The translations under genes and the position numbers were made by a program. From Anaerolineae bacterium (GTDB lineage: Bacteria; Chloroflexota; Anaerolineae; JACIWP01): a stretch of 43,660 bases of DNA. Location: positions 1 through 43,660 of the forward strand of contig JAPWUQ010000003.1 in assembly GCA_028275445.1 (NCBI GenBank), in the 5' to 3' direction. The notes beneath the pieces are model-generated. The model was not told the DNA's origin and did not search any database. It was given only the letters and a program-made list of their open reading frames with translations. Positions 8,603 to 16,868 of the stretch are shown here, piece after piece. Numbering within the stretch: position 1 is the stretch's first letter; every line of letters begins with the position of its first letter.

Positions 8603-10483
8603 ATGCCTTACGGCTTTTTCGGCCGCGTCCTGCGCGTGAACCTGAGCGCCGGCACCACGGAGGTCCTGCCGTTGGACGAGGCCTGGTTCCGCGCCTACCT
8701 GGGCGGCTGGGGCCTGGTGGCCTACGTCCTGCTGACGGAAGTGCCGGCGGATTGCGATCCGCTCGGCCCGGAGAACAGGCTGATCATCGCTGCCGGCCTG
8801 ATGACCGGCGCGCCGCTGGGAGGCGCCGGCCGCAACATCGTCGGCGCCAAATCCCCCCTCACCGGCGGATTCGGCGCGTCCGAGGTCGGCGGCTTCTTCG
8901 GCGCCGAACTGCGCCGCGCCGGCTGGGACGGCATCATCGTCGAGGGCCAGGCGGAACGCCCGGTCTACCTGTGGATCCGCGACGACCAGGTGGAACTGCG
9001 CGATGCCGCCCATCTGTGGGGCCGGCCCACCGCCGAGGTGGAAGAGGCGCTTAAGGCGGAGCTGGGGGATGAGCGGGTGCGGGTATGCCAGATCGGGCCG
9101 GCCGGCGAGCGGCTCTGTCTGAACGCCTGCGTCTTGAACGATGTCCATCATGCCGCCGGCCGCTGCGGCCTGGGCGCGGTGATGGGGGCCAAAAAACTGC
9201 GCGCCGTCGCGGTGCGCGGCACCGGCACACTGCCGCTGGCCAACCCCGACGTGATCCGCAAATGGGCGCGCTGGCAGGCAGACCTGCTGGCCGCCGGCGA
9301 CCCGGTCATCAAACTGCGCTATGACTACGGCACGCCGGGCTTTCTGCCCATTTTGCAGGCCAGCGGCGGCCTCCCCACGCGCAATTTCCGCGAAGGCGTC
9401 TTCGAGGGCGCTGAGCGCATTGACGGCCAGCACATGGCCGCCACCATCCTCAAGGGCGGCGGCACCTGCTTCGCCTGCCCGGTGCGCTGTAAGCGCATTG
9501 TCGAGACCCATGACGAGTGGCAGGTTCAGCCGGCCTACGGCGGGCCGGAGTACGAGACCATCGCCGCTTTCGGCTCGCTGTGCGGGGTGGACGACCTGCC
9601 GGCCATCGCCAAGGCCAATGAGCTGTGCAACGCCTATGGGCTGGACACCATCAGCGCCGGCGCCACCATCGCCTGGGCCATGGAATGCTTCGAGCGCGGT
9701 CTCCTGACCACGGCCGACACGGACGGCATCCCGTTGAACTTCGGGAATGCCCGGGCCGTAGTGCAGATGCTGGAGAAGATCATCCAGCGGGAAGGGTTCG
9801 GCGACATCCTGGCGCAGGGCGCCTATCGCGCCGCACAAATCATTGGGCGCGGCACGGAGCAGTACGTCCTGCAGGTCAAGAAGCAGGAAGTGCCCATGCA
9901 CGACCCGCGCATCAAGTTCGCCCTGGACCTCGGCTATGCCACCTCCCCCACCGGCGCGGACCATGTGCACAACCTGCATGACAACGCCTTTCAGACGCCG
10001 GAGAATATCGCCGGCCTGCGCCCGCTGGGCATCCACCGCCCCCTGCGTTTCGACGATCTCTCGCCGGCCAAGGTGCGCATGGCCCGCCGCTGGATCACCT
10101 ACCGCACCTTCCAGAACTGCCTGGGCATGTGCATCTTCATGAGCTACTCCATCGAGGCTCAGCAGGAAATTGTGCGTGCGCTGACCGGCTGGGATTTCTC
10201 GATCTTTGAAATGCTCGAGGTCGGAGAACGGGTGCTCGCCATGGCGAGGGTTTTTAACGCCCGCTGCGGCCTGCGCGCCGCGGATGACGCGCCGCCGGCC
10301 CGCTTCTTCGAACCGCTGGGGAACGGGCCGCTCGCCGGCTCATTCATCCCGCCGGACGCCATGCGCGCCGCCCTACAGACCTACTACCAGATGATGGGCT
10401 GGGACCCGCATACCGGCGCCCCGCTCCCCTGGAAGCTCCACGAGCTGGACCTGGGCTGGCTGCCCGAGGCCGGCGCCCGATGA
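8603..10483 (+). CDS. aor: Aldehyde:ferredoxin oxidoreductase (tungsten/molybdenum AOR family)
   Basis: KSPLTGG, GPAGE, AAGRCGLGAVMGAKKL, CFACPVRC, GPEYET, GLDTIS, HDPR, GMC. Confidence 0.93.
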   Translation: MPYGFFGRVLRVNLSAGTTEVLPLDEAWFRAYLGGWGLVAYVLLTEVPADCDPLGPENRLIIAAGLMTGAPLGGAGRNIVGAKSPLTGGFGASEVGGFFGAELRRAGWDGIIVEGQAERPVYLWIRDDQVELRDAAHLWGRPTAEVEEALKAELGDERVRVCQIGPAGERLCLNACVLNDVHHAAGRCGLGAVMGAKKLRAVAVRGTGTLPLANPDVIRKWARWQADLLAAGDPVIKLRYDYGTPGFLPILQASGGLPTRNFREGVFEGAERIDGQHMAATILKGGGTCFACPVRCKRIVETHDEWQVQPAYGGPEYETIAAFGSLCGVDDLPAIAKANELCNAYGLDTISAGATIAWAMECFERGLLTTADTDGIPLNFGNARAVVQMLEKIIQREGFGDILAQGAYRAAQIIGRGTEQYVLQVKKQEVPMHDPRIKFALDLGYATSPTGADHVHNLHDNAFQTPENIAGLRPLGIHRPLRFDDLSPAKVRMARRWITYRTFQNCLGMCIFMSYSIEAQQEIVRALTGWDFSIFEMLEVGERVLAMARVFNARCGLRAADDAPPARFFEPLGNGPLAGSFIPPDAMRAALQTYYQMMGWDPHTGAPLPWKLHELDLGWLPEAGAR

Positions 10484-11316
10484 GGACCGTCATGACCAAG
10501 CCGCCCGCACCGTACGACGAGATCCGCACCATTATCTATCAGGATGAGCTGTGGACCCTGCGGGAGTATCACCCGGCGCTGGCCGACTTTCTGCAGGCGC
10601 GGGACCGTCTGCTGGTACTGCGGCACGGCCGGCCGCCCTATGCCGTTCTCCTGGGCGTCCCGCACCACGCCGAGGTGCGGGAGGATTACATCTGCGAGCG
10701 CCGGCTGGATGCCGAAGGCCGGCCGGCGCCGCGCGACGCCGACAAAAACGCCGCCTCCTACGCGCTGGTGGCGTTCACCGCCCTGCGCGATCGCGGAGTG
10801 CCCTGCAAGCTGGTCATCATGGCCCATCCCACCACCCATGACCCCAATAAGGACCTCGCAAGCCCGTACAGCAGGGAGTTGTTCGCAGAGCCGGCCCGCT
10901 TTCTGCTGGAATGCCACGGGAGCGGGCCGCACCGCCGGCTGGCGCTGGAGCTGAGCGCCGGCCATAATCATCTGGCCGACGCGCTCCGCTTCGCCCAACT
11001 GCTGGATGCCGCGCTGGGCCGGCGCTACACCTGGGGCGTCCAGAAAGCACCCGGCAGCCGCGATGCCTGGATTTTCCATGGGGATGGGCACGAGGAAGAG
11101 GAAGCCCTGGAGCTATCGGCCCTGCAGACGGTGACCTTGATAGAGGCGGAGCGCAGAGGCATGCCGGCGCTCCATCTGGAGGCCAAGCCGGCCTTCTGCA
11201 AGCCGGCGGACGATGTCAACGCCGTATCGCCCGACGGCCTCCTGCTGGGCCGCGCCCTGGCCCAGGCCCTCCTGCATTACCTGGGATGGAGGGACCGCGC
11301 ACAAGGCCCAGGATGA
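10480..11316 (+). CDS. Hypothetical protein, possible N-formylglutamate amidohydrolase/Zn-exopeptidase-like fold
   Basis: ATGA overlap with aor; motifs LLGVPHHA, HDPNKD, FLLECHG, ALHLEA are spaced like FGase-family motifs. Confidence 0.6.
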   Translation: MRTVMTKPPAPYDEIRTIIYQDELWTLREYHPALADFLQARDRLLVLRHGRPPYAVLLGVPHHAEVREDYICERRLDAEGRPAPRDADKNAASYALVAFTALRDRGVPCKLVIMAHPTTHDPNKDLASPYSRELFAEPARFLLECHGSGPHRRLALELSAGHNHLADALRFAQLLDAALGRRYTWGVQKAPGSRDAWIFHGDGHEEEEALELSALQTVTLIEAERRGMPALHLEAKPAFCKPADDVNAVSPDGLLLGRALAQALLHYLGWRDRAQGPG

Positions 11317-11776
11317 TCCCGCGGGAGCGGGCGCGCCGGCGCGCCACCAGCACCGCCCACAGCGTCACCAGCACCTCGAACAGCCACACGCCGACCGAAT
11401 AGAGCTGAAAGCTGGTCCAGATGGGATGCCGGCGGATGTCCACTTTCGTCAGCGGCCACAGCGCATATCCTCCGCTGGTATCCTCCCCGACCATTTGATC
11501 CACCACCAGGTCGCTGAGGACATGCACCAGATAGCCGGCCGCCCAGCCCACCACGGCCTGCCGCCGGCGCGTCAGCAGTGCCACCGCCGCCGTGGTGAGC
11601 GCGCCGGTCAGCAGGGAATGCGCCGGCACCCTGCCGCTGGGGGACCAGCGCAGGATATACCGCCCGGTCTTGTCCACCAGGTCGGGGAACACGGCGGCCA
11701 GCATGGTGGTGCGCTGGTCGGTATGCAGATAATGCGAGGCGAGGTACCCCGCGCTCACGTGTCCTGGGAATATCAT
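11216..11776 (-). CDS. Membrane-bound metal-dependent hydrolase (YdjM/YbcI-like)
   Basis: GH near the N-terminus, FPDLVDK, AHSL, HVLSD, LWP and hydrophobic segments; start ATG 11776. Confidence 0.8.
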   Translation of the reverse strand: MIFPGHVSAGYLASHYLHTDQRTTMLAAVFPDLVDKTGRYILRWSPSGRVPAHSLLTGALTTAAVALLTRRRQAVVGWAAGYLVHVLSDLVVDQMVGEDTSGGYALWPLTKVDIRRHPIWTSFQLYSVGVWLFEVLVTLWAVLVARRRARSRGIILGLVRGPSIPGNAGGPGPGRGPAGGRRAIRR

Positions 11777-11818
11777 GGCGCCATTATGGCATAGAACCTG
11801 AGCGCCGGCAAACGGCTC

Positions 11819-11863
11819 AAAAAAAAACAAGGTGACAGCCATCTGGGGATGACTGTCACCTTG
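11819..11863 (-). terminator. REP-like palindrome acting as intrinsic terminator of the SPFH gene
   Basis: CAAGGTGACAG-CCATC-TGGG-GATGA-CTGTCACCTTG with a poly-A run on its left (U tract on minus strand). Confidence 0.75.
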
Positions 11864-11879
11864 AGATACCGCTTACCCC

Positions 11880-12818
11880 TTACTTACCCGCCGGAACGCT
11901 CCGCTCGGAAGGCTGTGAGAGGCCTATCTCGGAAGAGGCGGCACCGTGACCGTTGCCATTGCCCGATGGGACGTACCAGCCAGGCAAAGCTCCCATATGC
12001 AGGGTCACATGATTGCGGCCGGCCAGCGCATCCGCCAATGCCAGCTCGCGCATCCGCTCGGCCTCCTCTTTCAGCTCCGCCATGCCCTCCTGGCGCAGGA
12101 GCCTCAGCGCTGTGCTCCAGCTCTCCGCCGTCACCGCCCGCCGGTGGGCCTCCTGATAGAACTGGCGCACCGGCTGTGCCGGCGCCAGCCAGAACACCTG
12201 CACATCCTGCACCGCAAGGCCGGTGCCGGCTGTTTTGACATTGACCGCCTCTAGCAACCGGCGGGGCAGGGCATGCCGGCCGGCAATCGTTGTCCACTCC
12301 TCGGACGGCCGCTGTGCCAGCACCAACTGCAACTGCTCCAGGAGGATGCCGCGCAGGTAATTCCCCCACAGCCGCATGTCATCATGCAGGGTGTCTAGAA
12401 GGCTCTGCCGCCATTCCCTCCGCATCTCGCGCGGGTCCATCACGTACAGCACCTTGAGCTGTACCTCCATCTCGACGCAGTACGCGTCCAGCGTCACGAC
12501 ATCGTCCAGCATCAGGGCCTGCCAGCACAGGCTGAACGATTCGCTCAGCCGCTCCAGCGGCGGGATCACGATGTGCTCGCCCGGCCCCAGCACGCGCACC
12601 ACGCGGCCCATCTCGTCCCGCACCACCCGGGCGGTGCTGGGAGGGACAACCACGAACATCGCGGCGACCATTATGGGTGGGATCACCACTGCCGCCACCA
12701 TTCCCACAGCGACCGCCATGACAAACTGGGGGAACATGGCGGCAACCGCCACACACATGCTCACGCCGATGACGACACTGCACGCCGTCACCACCCATTT
12801 CATGCGGCTGGTTATCAT
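11880..12818 (-). CDS. SPFH/band-7 domain membrane protein (divergent)
   Basis: Two N-terminal TM helices, then FVVVPP..ARVV..MGR..RVLGPG.H.VIP, VVTLD...MEV, GL.VQDVQV; AGGAGG RBS before ATG 12818. Confidence 0.75.
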   Translation of the reverse strand: MITSRMKWVVTACSVVIGVSMCVAVAAMFPQFVMAVAVGMVAAVVIPPIMVAAMFVVVPPSTARVVRDEMGRVVRVLGPGEHIVIPPLERLSESFSLCWQALMLDDVVTLDAYCVEMEVQLKVLYVMDPREMRREWRQSLLDTLHDDMRLWGNYLRGILLEQLQLVLAQRPSEEWTTIAGRHALPRRLLEAVNVKTAGTGLAVQDVQVFWLAPAQPVRQFYQEAHRRAVTAESWSTALRLLRQEGMAELKEEAERMRELALADALAGRNHVTLHMGALPGWYVPSGNGNGHGAASSEIGLSQPSERSVPAGK

Positions 12819-12933
12819 TGCCCGCCTCCTTTCTAGGCCGGCTGGCCCCCAACCACCTGCCTGGCGCTCCACCAGCGGGCAAACCAACAGCCACCAGCGA
12901 CCCTCCCCCTGTGGGTCTTCCTCTCACCTACAA

Positions 12934-12962
12934 TGATAAACGATAGAGGGACGCCTGACTAT
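12934..12962 (-). promoter_or_regulatory. Putative promoter of the SPFH gene
   Basis: TAGTCA-17 bp-TATCAT on the minus strand; weak -35 would fit activator dependence. Confidence 0.45.
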
Positions 12963-13002
12963 CCTCTATTCGCGAAACGTTGACGGATTTTTCGTGAAGG
13001 GA

Positions 13003-13077
13003 AACGCGTACCGCGGCAGAGGAAGGTTCTATACTGCCGCCCAGGAGGCTTACACGAACGCGTACGGGGAGTACGCG
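13003..13077. promoter_or_regulatory. Candidate response-regulator binding sites (AACGCGTAC twice; CGCGTAC-N5-GTACGCG)
   Basis: Direct repeat at 13003-13011 and 13057-13065; perfect 7-bp inverted repeat 13059-13077. Confidence 0.5.
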
Positions 13078-13102
13078 CCGGCAAATAGGGGAAATGCGCG
13101 CC

Positions 13103-13768
13103 CTAGCGTGGACGTTCGATCCAACCGTTCTCGAGGGCCAGGCGGATCAGCTCCTGCCGGCCGGAGACCCCGAGCTTATCCTGCATATTGCTGAAGTGGG
13201 CGCGCACCGAACCCTCAGCGATGTGCAACTGCCGGCCGATCTCTTGATTGGTATAGCCGCGGGCCGCCCATGTCAGCACCTCAAGCTGACGCTCCGTGAG
13301 CGGACACTCCTTTTTCTCGGGGTGAATCAGGAAGCCGCTGAACCAATCGCCAAAGTCTTCGCGCGGCCCGAGCACCATCAGGCCGTGATGGACAAGCTGA
13401 ATGGCCATGATGATATCGCGCATGCTGGGGGAACGGCCCAGCAGTCCGTCGGCGCCGGCCTGGAGGGCCTGGCCGGCGACGGGCGCGCCAATGTACGTGG
13501 TGATAGCCATCAGCTTGGTCGGAAGGCCCCGTTCCTTCACCCGGCGGATCAGCTCCACCCCGTCGTACTCGCTGTGCTCGAGCACCAGGTCCACCAGCGC
13601 CACGTCGGGAAGCTCCCGGAGGATAAGCTCCAGGCCCTCCGGGCCGTTGATGGCATGCCCTACAAATTCGATCTCCGGCGCCGCCTCTAAGGCCGCCTGA
13701 TAGGTCTCGGCGATAGACCGGTGATCCTCCACCAGCACCACACGGATTTTACTGCGTTCGCGGGCCAT
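13103..13768 (-). CDS. NarL/FixJ (LuxR HTH) family response regulator
   Basis: VVLVEDH, PDVALVDL receiver; LTERQLEVL..AARGYTNQEIG..L.IAEGSVRAH....DKLGV HTH. Confidence 0.95.
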   Translation of the reverse strand: MARERSKIRVVLVEDHRSIAETYQAALEAAPEIEFVGHAINGPEGLELILRELPDVALVDLVLEHSEYDGVELIRRVKERGLPTKLMAITTYIGAPVAGQALQAGADGLLGRSPSMRDIIMAIQLVHHGLMVLGPREDFGDWFSGFLIHPEKKECPLTERQLEVLTWAARGYTNQEIGRQLHIAEGSVRAHFSNMQDKLGVSGRQELIRLALENGWIERPR

Positions 13769-13790
13769 CGCTCTCTCCTCCTGGTCTGAC

Positions 13791-16616
13791 TTACGAAGCC
13801 AGGTGTTCATCCCGGATCTGCGCGGGGATACGCACCACGATGCAGGTGCCCCGGCCATCGGCTCCGGCCTTAAAGTCCGTCTCTCCACCCAGACAGGCCG
13901 CCTGCCGCCAGATGTTCTTCAGCCCCCAATGTCCTTCCTGCGACCAGATATCCTCAGGCAGGCCTTTGCCGGCGTCCTCGATCTCCAGGCGGATCATCTC
14001 GCCGTCCCGATGACAGCGCAGTACAGCCCGCCTGGCGCCCGAATGCCGGCAGGCGTTGCTCAGCCCCTCGCTGGCGATGCCGACCAGGATGCGCTGGGTG
14101 AGGTTGCGGAGCTCCGGCAGGGCCGGGTCCACGTCCAGTTCCACCTCAAACTCATACAGATCGCGGAAGAAGCGCCGCAGGCGCTGCAGTTCGCTCACCA
14201 GATTGGTCCGTGCGGAGCGGTCGCTGACCAGGTCGCGCATCATGCGCGCCATGCGCGTCTGCAGTTCCTGAGCCAGCCGGATGACGCGATCGAAGCGCTC
14301 TTCCAGTTCGAGCAGGCCGGCCCGCGCCACCTCGTCGGCCATCAGCTCGAGGCGTTTCGCCAGTTCGTCCAGAGTGTGGCTGAACTGATCATGGAGCAGG
14401 ATAGACTGCTGTTCCCGGAAGCTCGAAAGGGCGGCGTGCGCACGCTCCTCCATGTTCTCATGCAGGCTGAAGCCCAGCGCGGCCAGGTTGGCGAACAATC
14501 TCATGGCGCGCTGTTCGTTAGGGCCCAGCGTCCGGCGCTGACGAAAGTTGAGGCAGATGACGCCGTACGGGTGATTGCCCACATACATGGGGAGGCCGGC
14601 GAAGGAGCGGATCCCCTGCCGCATCGAGAAGCTCACCACATGCTCATCTATCCCGCCTCTGGCGCGCATCAACAGGGGCTCGTCGTGGACATTGGGCACG
14701 AACCAGCCCTGCTTCTCCTCCAAAACGCGCTGGAGGAGAGGGGCATCCGATGGCATATTGCGGAGCGTCTTATTTTTGTTGTGGAATTTGCCGGCCAGGT
14801 TGAGGAAATGAAATTGGCGGGTCCCCGGGTTGTAGCCATAAATCAACACCAGGTCCGCCCCAAACAGGCGCTGGGCATACTCGGCGATGTTCTCGGAGAG
14901 CATGTCCGGGTCGGGTTCCATGCCGGCGGCCAGCAGTGCCGCCGTCATCTCGTTCAACAGCTCCACCCGCTGGACCTCGGCCTGCCACTGCTCCTGCATC
15001 TGCAGGGTGCGCAGTACCGCGGCACAAGCCTGATAAATCGGCACCAGGCTGTCCAGCTCCTCCATAGTGGGCACGTTCCCTGAGCCGGGCGAACTGCTCC
15101 CGAAGATCACCAGCCCGACAGGCTCCCGCTCCGTCCCGCCGTGCACCTTCACCCAGAGCGGCACAAAGGCCTGGATGACGGTATAATCCCGCTCATGGGG
15201 ATGGGTTGTCCTGTGCTGCACCGCGCCCCACACGCGGGAATCGAAAGTGGGGTGCCAGCCCTCATATATGCGGCGTTGCTGGGAGCGGAGTGCCTCGAGA
15301 TACGCATTGTCTGCATCGCTGGAGAAGCGGATGTCCTTCAGCCACTTGGGGGATGGGACACATTTTCGGAGTACGAGAGTATCGCTCTGTCGGTCATACA
15401 CCCAGACCTGGGCAAACTCGTACCCCAATTTGACCGTGAAGGTATCCAGGATGGCGTCAAAGACCTCCTCCTGGCCGGCGGAAAACTCCTGAAGATGCCG
15501 GGCCATGCCAAAGATGCGCGCTTGCGCCGCGCGCTCTTCCTGCCGCGCCTGGGCGCCGGCCAGCAGTTCCGCAAAGGCCTGGCTCTGGCGCGCCATTTGG
15601 TCCAGTTCCTCGGGGTAAATCACCGGCAGGCGGCGGTACTCCAGGCTGATGGCGGCCGGCTCCTGGCCGGCGGCAAACGGAACGCACAGCTCCATTTTCA
15701 GCGCCGACCAGCTCAGGCTGGGTTGGTCGGCAAAGATCACCTCCTGCGCTCCCTGCAGGCTGACACGCCGGCGCTCCGGGATATAGCACGCCGGCGTATG
15801 ATTCTGCCAGGCAATGGGCGGTGGGGACTGCCCCGATTCACACCGCACCGCCTCCGCCACCCCGCTCTGGGACACGCGTATCCCGGTCCAAACCTCTTCA
15901 CCTTCCCCTTTGGACCACAGCACGGCGAAATCCGCCTGGAGCAAATCGCAGAACAGCCGGCCTACATTGACCGGCCATTCCCGGTCCCGCACACCGGAGC
16001 CGGCGAGACACCGGATGTGCTCTTCCACATCGGTGCGCAGTCTTTCCAGGGTCGCGCTGGAGATGCGCTCGCGGGAAACCACGTGATACAGTACCCCGCC
16101 GATAAACCCCAGCCACAGCCAGTGCACCAGCCACGCCGGCACCATTCCTATCAGGGTATTCCGTTCGATGAGCAATAACGCCAGCCCGACACCCAGCCAG
16201 TTGCCGGCCAGCGCCAGCAAATTGACCTGCGCGGCGATTGCCATCGGCACGAGGAACAGCAACCACAGCAGAGGGTTAACGGACAGGCCCCGGGTGACCA
16301 GGAGCGAAAGGGTGACCACAGCCAGCACCGCCGCGGCGTATATCCCCTGCGTTCGCGGGGCATAAAAGCGGTGCTCAAAGGGGGAGAACGGGAAAAGGGG
16401 GATAATCAGATACGGGGCGAGAAACAGCGCGATCAGCATCGGCAGCCAGAGCGGCCCGCTCGCCAGGCCCATCAGCGCCATCAAGACGCCCCCCATCAGC
16501 GCCATCACCCACCGCCAGCTCATGGTGGTACTGCGCAAGCGGGACTTGACCAGCGCGCCCGGTGTCGGGAACACGCGCAGCCGGTGCCACAGCCGTCTGC
16601 TTTCACCCCGGTTCAT
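13791..16616 (-). CDS. Membrane-anchored multi-GAF sensor histidine kinase (HisKA_3 type)
   Basis: N-terminal multi-TM region, GAF-like segments (..SFAGLPM..G...GVICLN), H-box LLHDQFSH, EGLSNACRHSGA, IEDAGKG, GHWGL, GT.I; start uncertain (16616-16643). Confidence 0.88.
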   Translation of the reverse strand: MNRGESRRLWHRLRVFPTPGALVKSRLRSTTMSWRWVMALMGGVLMALMGLASGPLWLPMLIALFLAPYLIIPLFPFSPFEHRFYAPRTQGIYAAAVLAVVTLSLLVTRGLSVNPLLWLLFLVPMAIAAQVNLLALAGNWLGVGLALLLIERNTLIGMVPAWLVHWLWLGFIGGVLYHVVSRERISSATLERLRTDVEEHIRCLAGSGVRDREWPVNVGRLFCDLLQADFAVLWSKGEGEEVWTGIRVSQSGVAEAVRCESGQSPPPIAWQNHTPACYIPERRRVSLQGAQEVIFADQPSLSWSALKMELCVPFAAGQEPAAISLEYRRLPVIYPEELDQMARQSQAFAELLAGAQARQEERAAQARIFGMARHLQEFSAGQEEVFDAILDTFTVKLGYEFAQVWVYDRQSDTLVLRKCVPSPKWLKDIRFSSDADNAYLEALRSQQRRIYEGWHPTFDSRVWGAVQHRTTHPHERDYTVIQAFVPLWVKVHGGTEREPVGLVIFGSSSPGSGNVPTMEELDSLVPIYQACAAVLRTLQMQEQWQAEVQRVELLNEMTAALLAAGMEPDPDMLSENIAEYAQRLFGADLVLIYGYNPGTRQFHFLNLAGKFHNKNKTLRNMPSDAPLLQRVLEEKQGWFVPNVHDEPLLMRARGGIDEHVVSFSMRQGIRSFAGLPMYVGNHPYGVICLNFRQRRTLGPNEQRAMRLFANLAALGFSLHENMEERAHAALSSFREQQSILLHDQFSHTLDELAKRLELMADEVARAGLLELEERFDRVIRLAQELQTRMARMMRDLVSDRSARTNLVSELQRLRRFFRDLYEFEVELDVDPALPELRNLTQRILVGIASEGLSNACRHSGARRAVLRCHRDGEMIRLEIEDAGKGLPEDIWSQEGHWGLKNIWRQAACLGGETDFKAGADGRGTCIVVRIPAQIRDEHLAS

Positions 16617-16693
16617 CACATTTGCACAACGCCTCCATGACAAGTAGTAGTGCTGGTACTGCCATTATACACTAGATGTGGCCGGCGCGGCTA

Positions 16694-16804
16694 TACGCAC
16701 GGCGCGATTTCGTGCGTAGATTTCCCGTATCCAGCGCGCACGCCGCGCGTACGCAGGATACGCGCGCGGTATACGCCCCTCGTATATCGGGGGTGCTGGA
16801 TACG
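16694..16804. promoter_or_regulatory. Array of TACG/CGTA motifs with nested inverted repeats in the divergent kinase/MFS intergenic region
   Basis: TACGCACG-N9-CGTGCGTA (16694-16718); CGTATCCAGC (16726-16735) / GCTGGATACG (16795-16804); about 8 TACG/CGTA cores. Confidence 0.55.
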
Positions 16805-16868
16805 TCTCGAATTTTTGCCTCTCCCGTGTTCACGGTATAATGGCCGGCGTGCCAAGGAGCGATTGCCA

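Noticed and set aside
5704-10036. Long antisense ORFs (5704-8340, 878 aa; 8111-10036, 641 aa)
   Set aside because: Shadow frames opposite the well-supported kinase and AOR genes; expected from high GC3 and lacking recognisable motifs.
16694-16804. CRISPR array or tandem repeat
   Set aside because: Motifs are only 4-10 bp, in mixed orientation, with no repeat-spacer periodicity and no cas genes.
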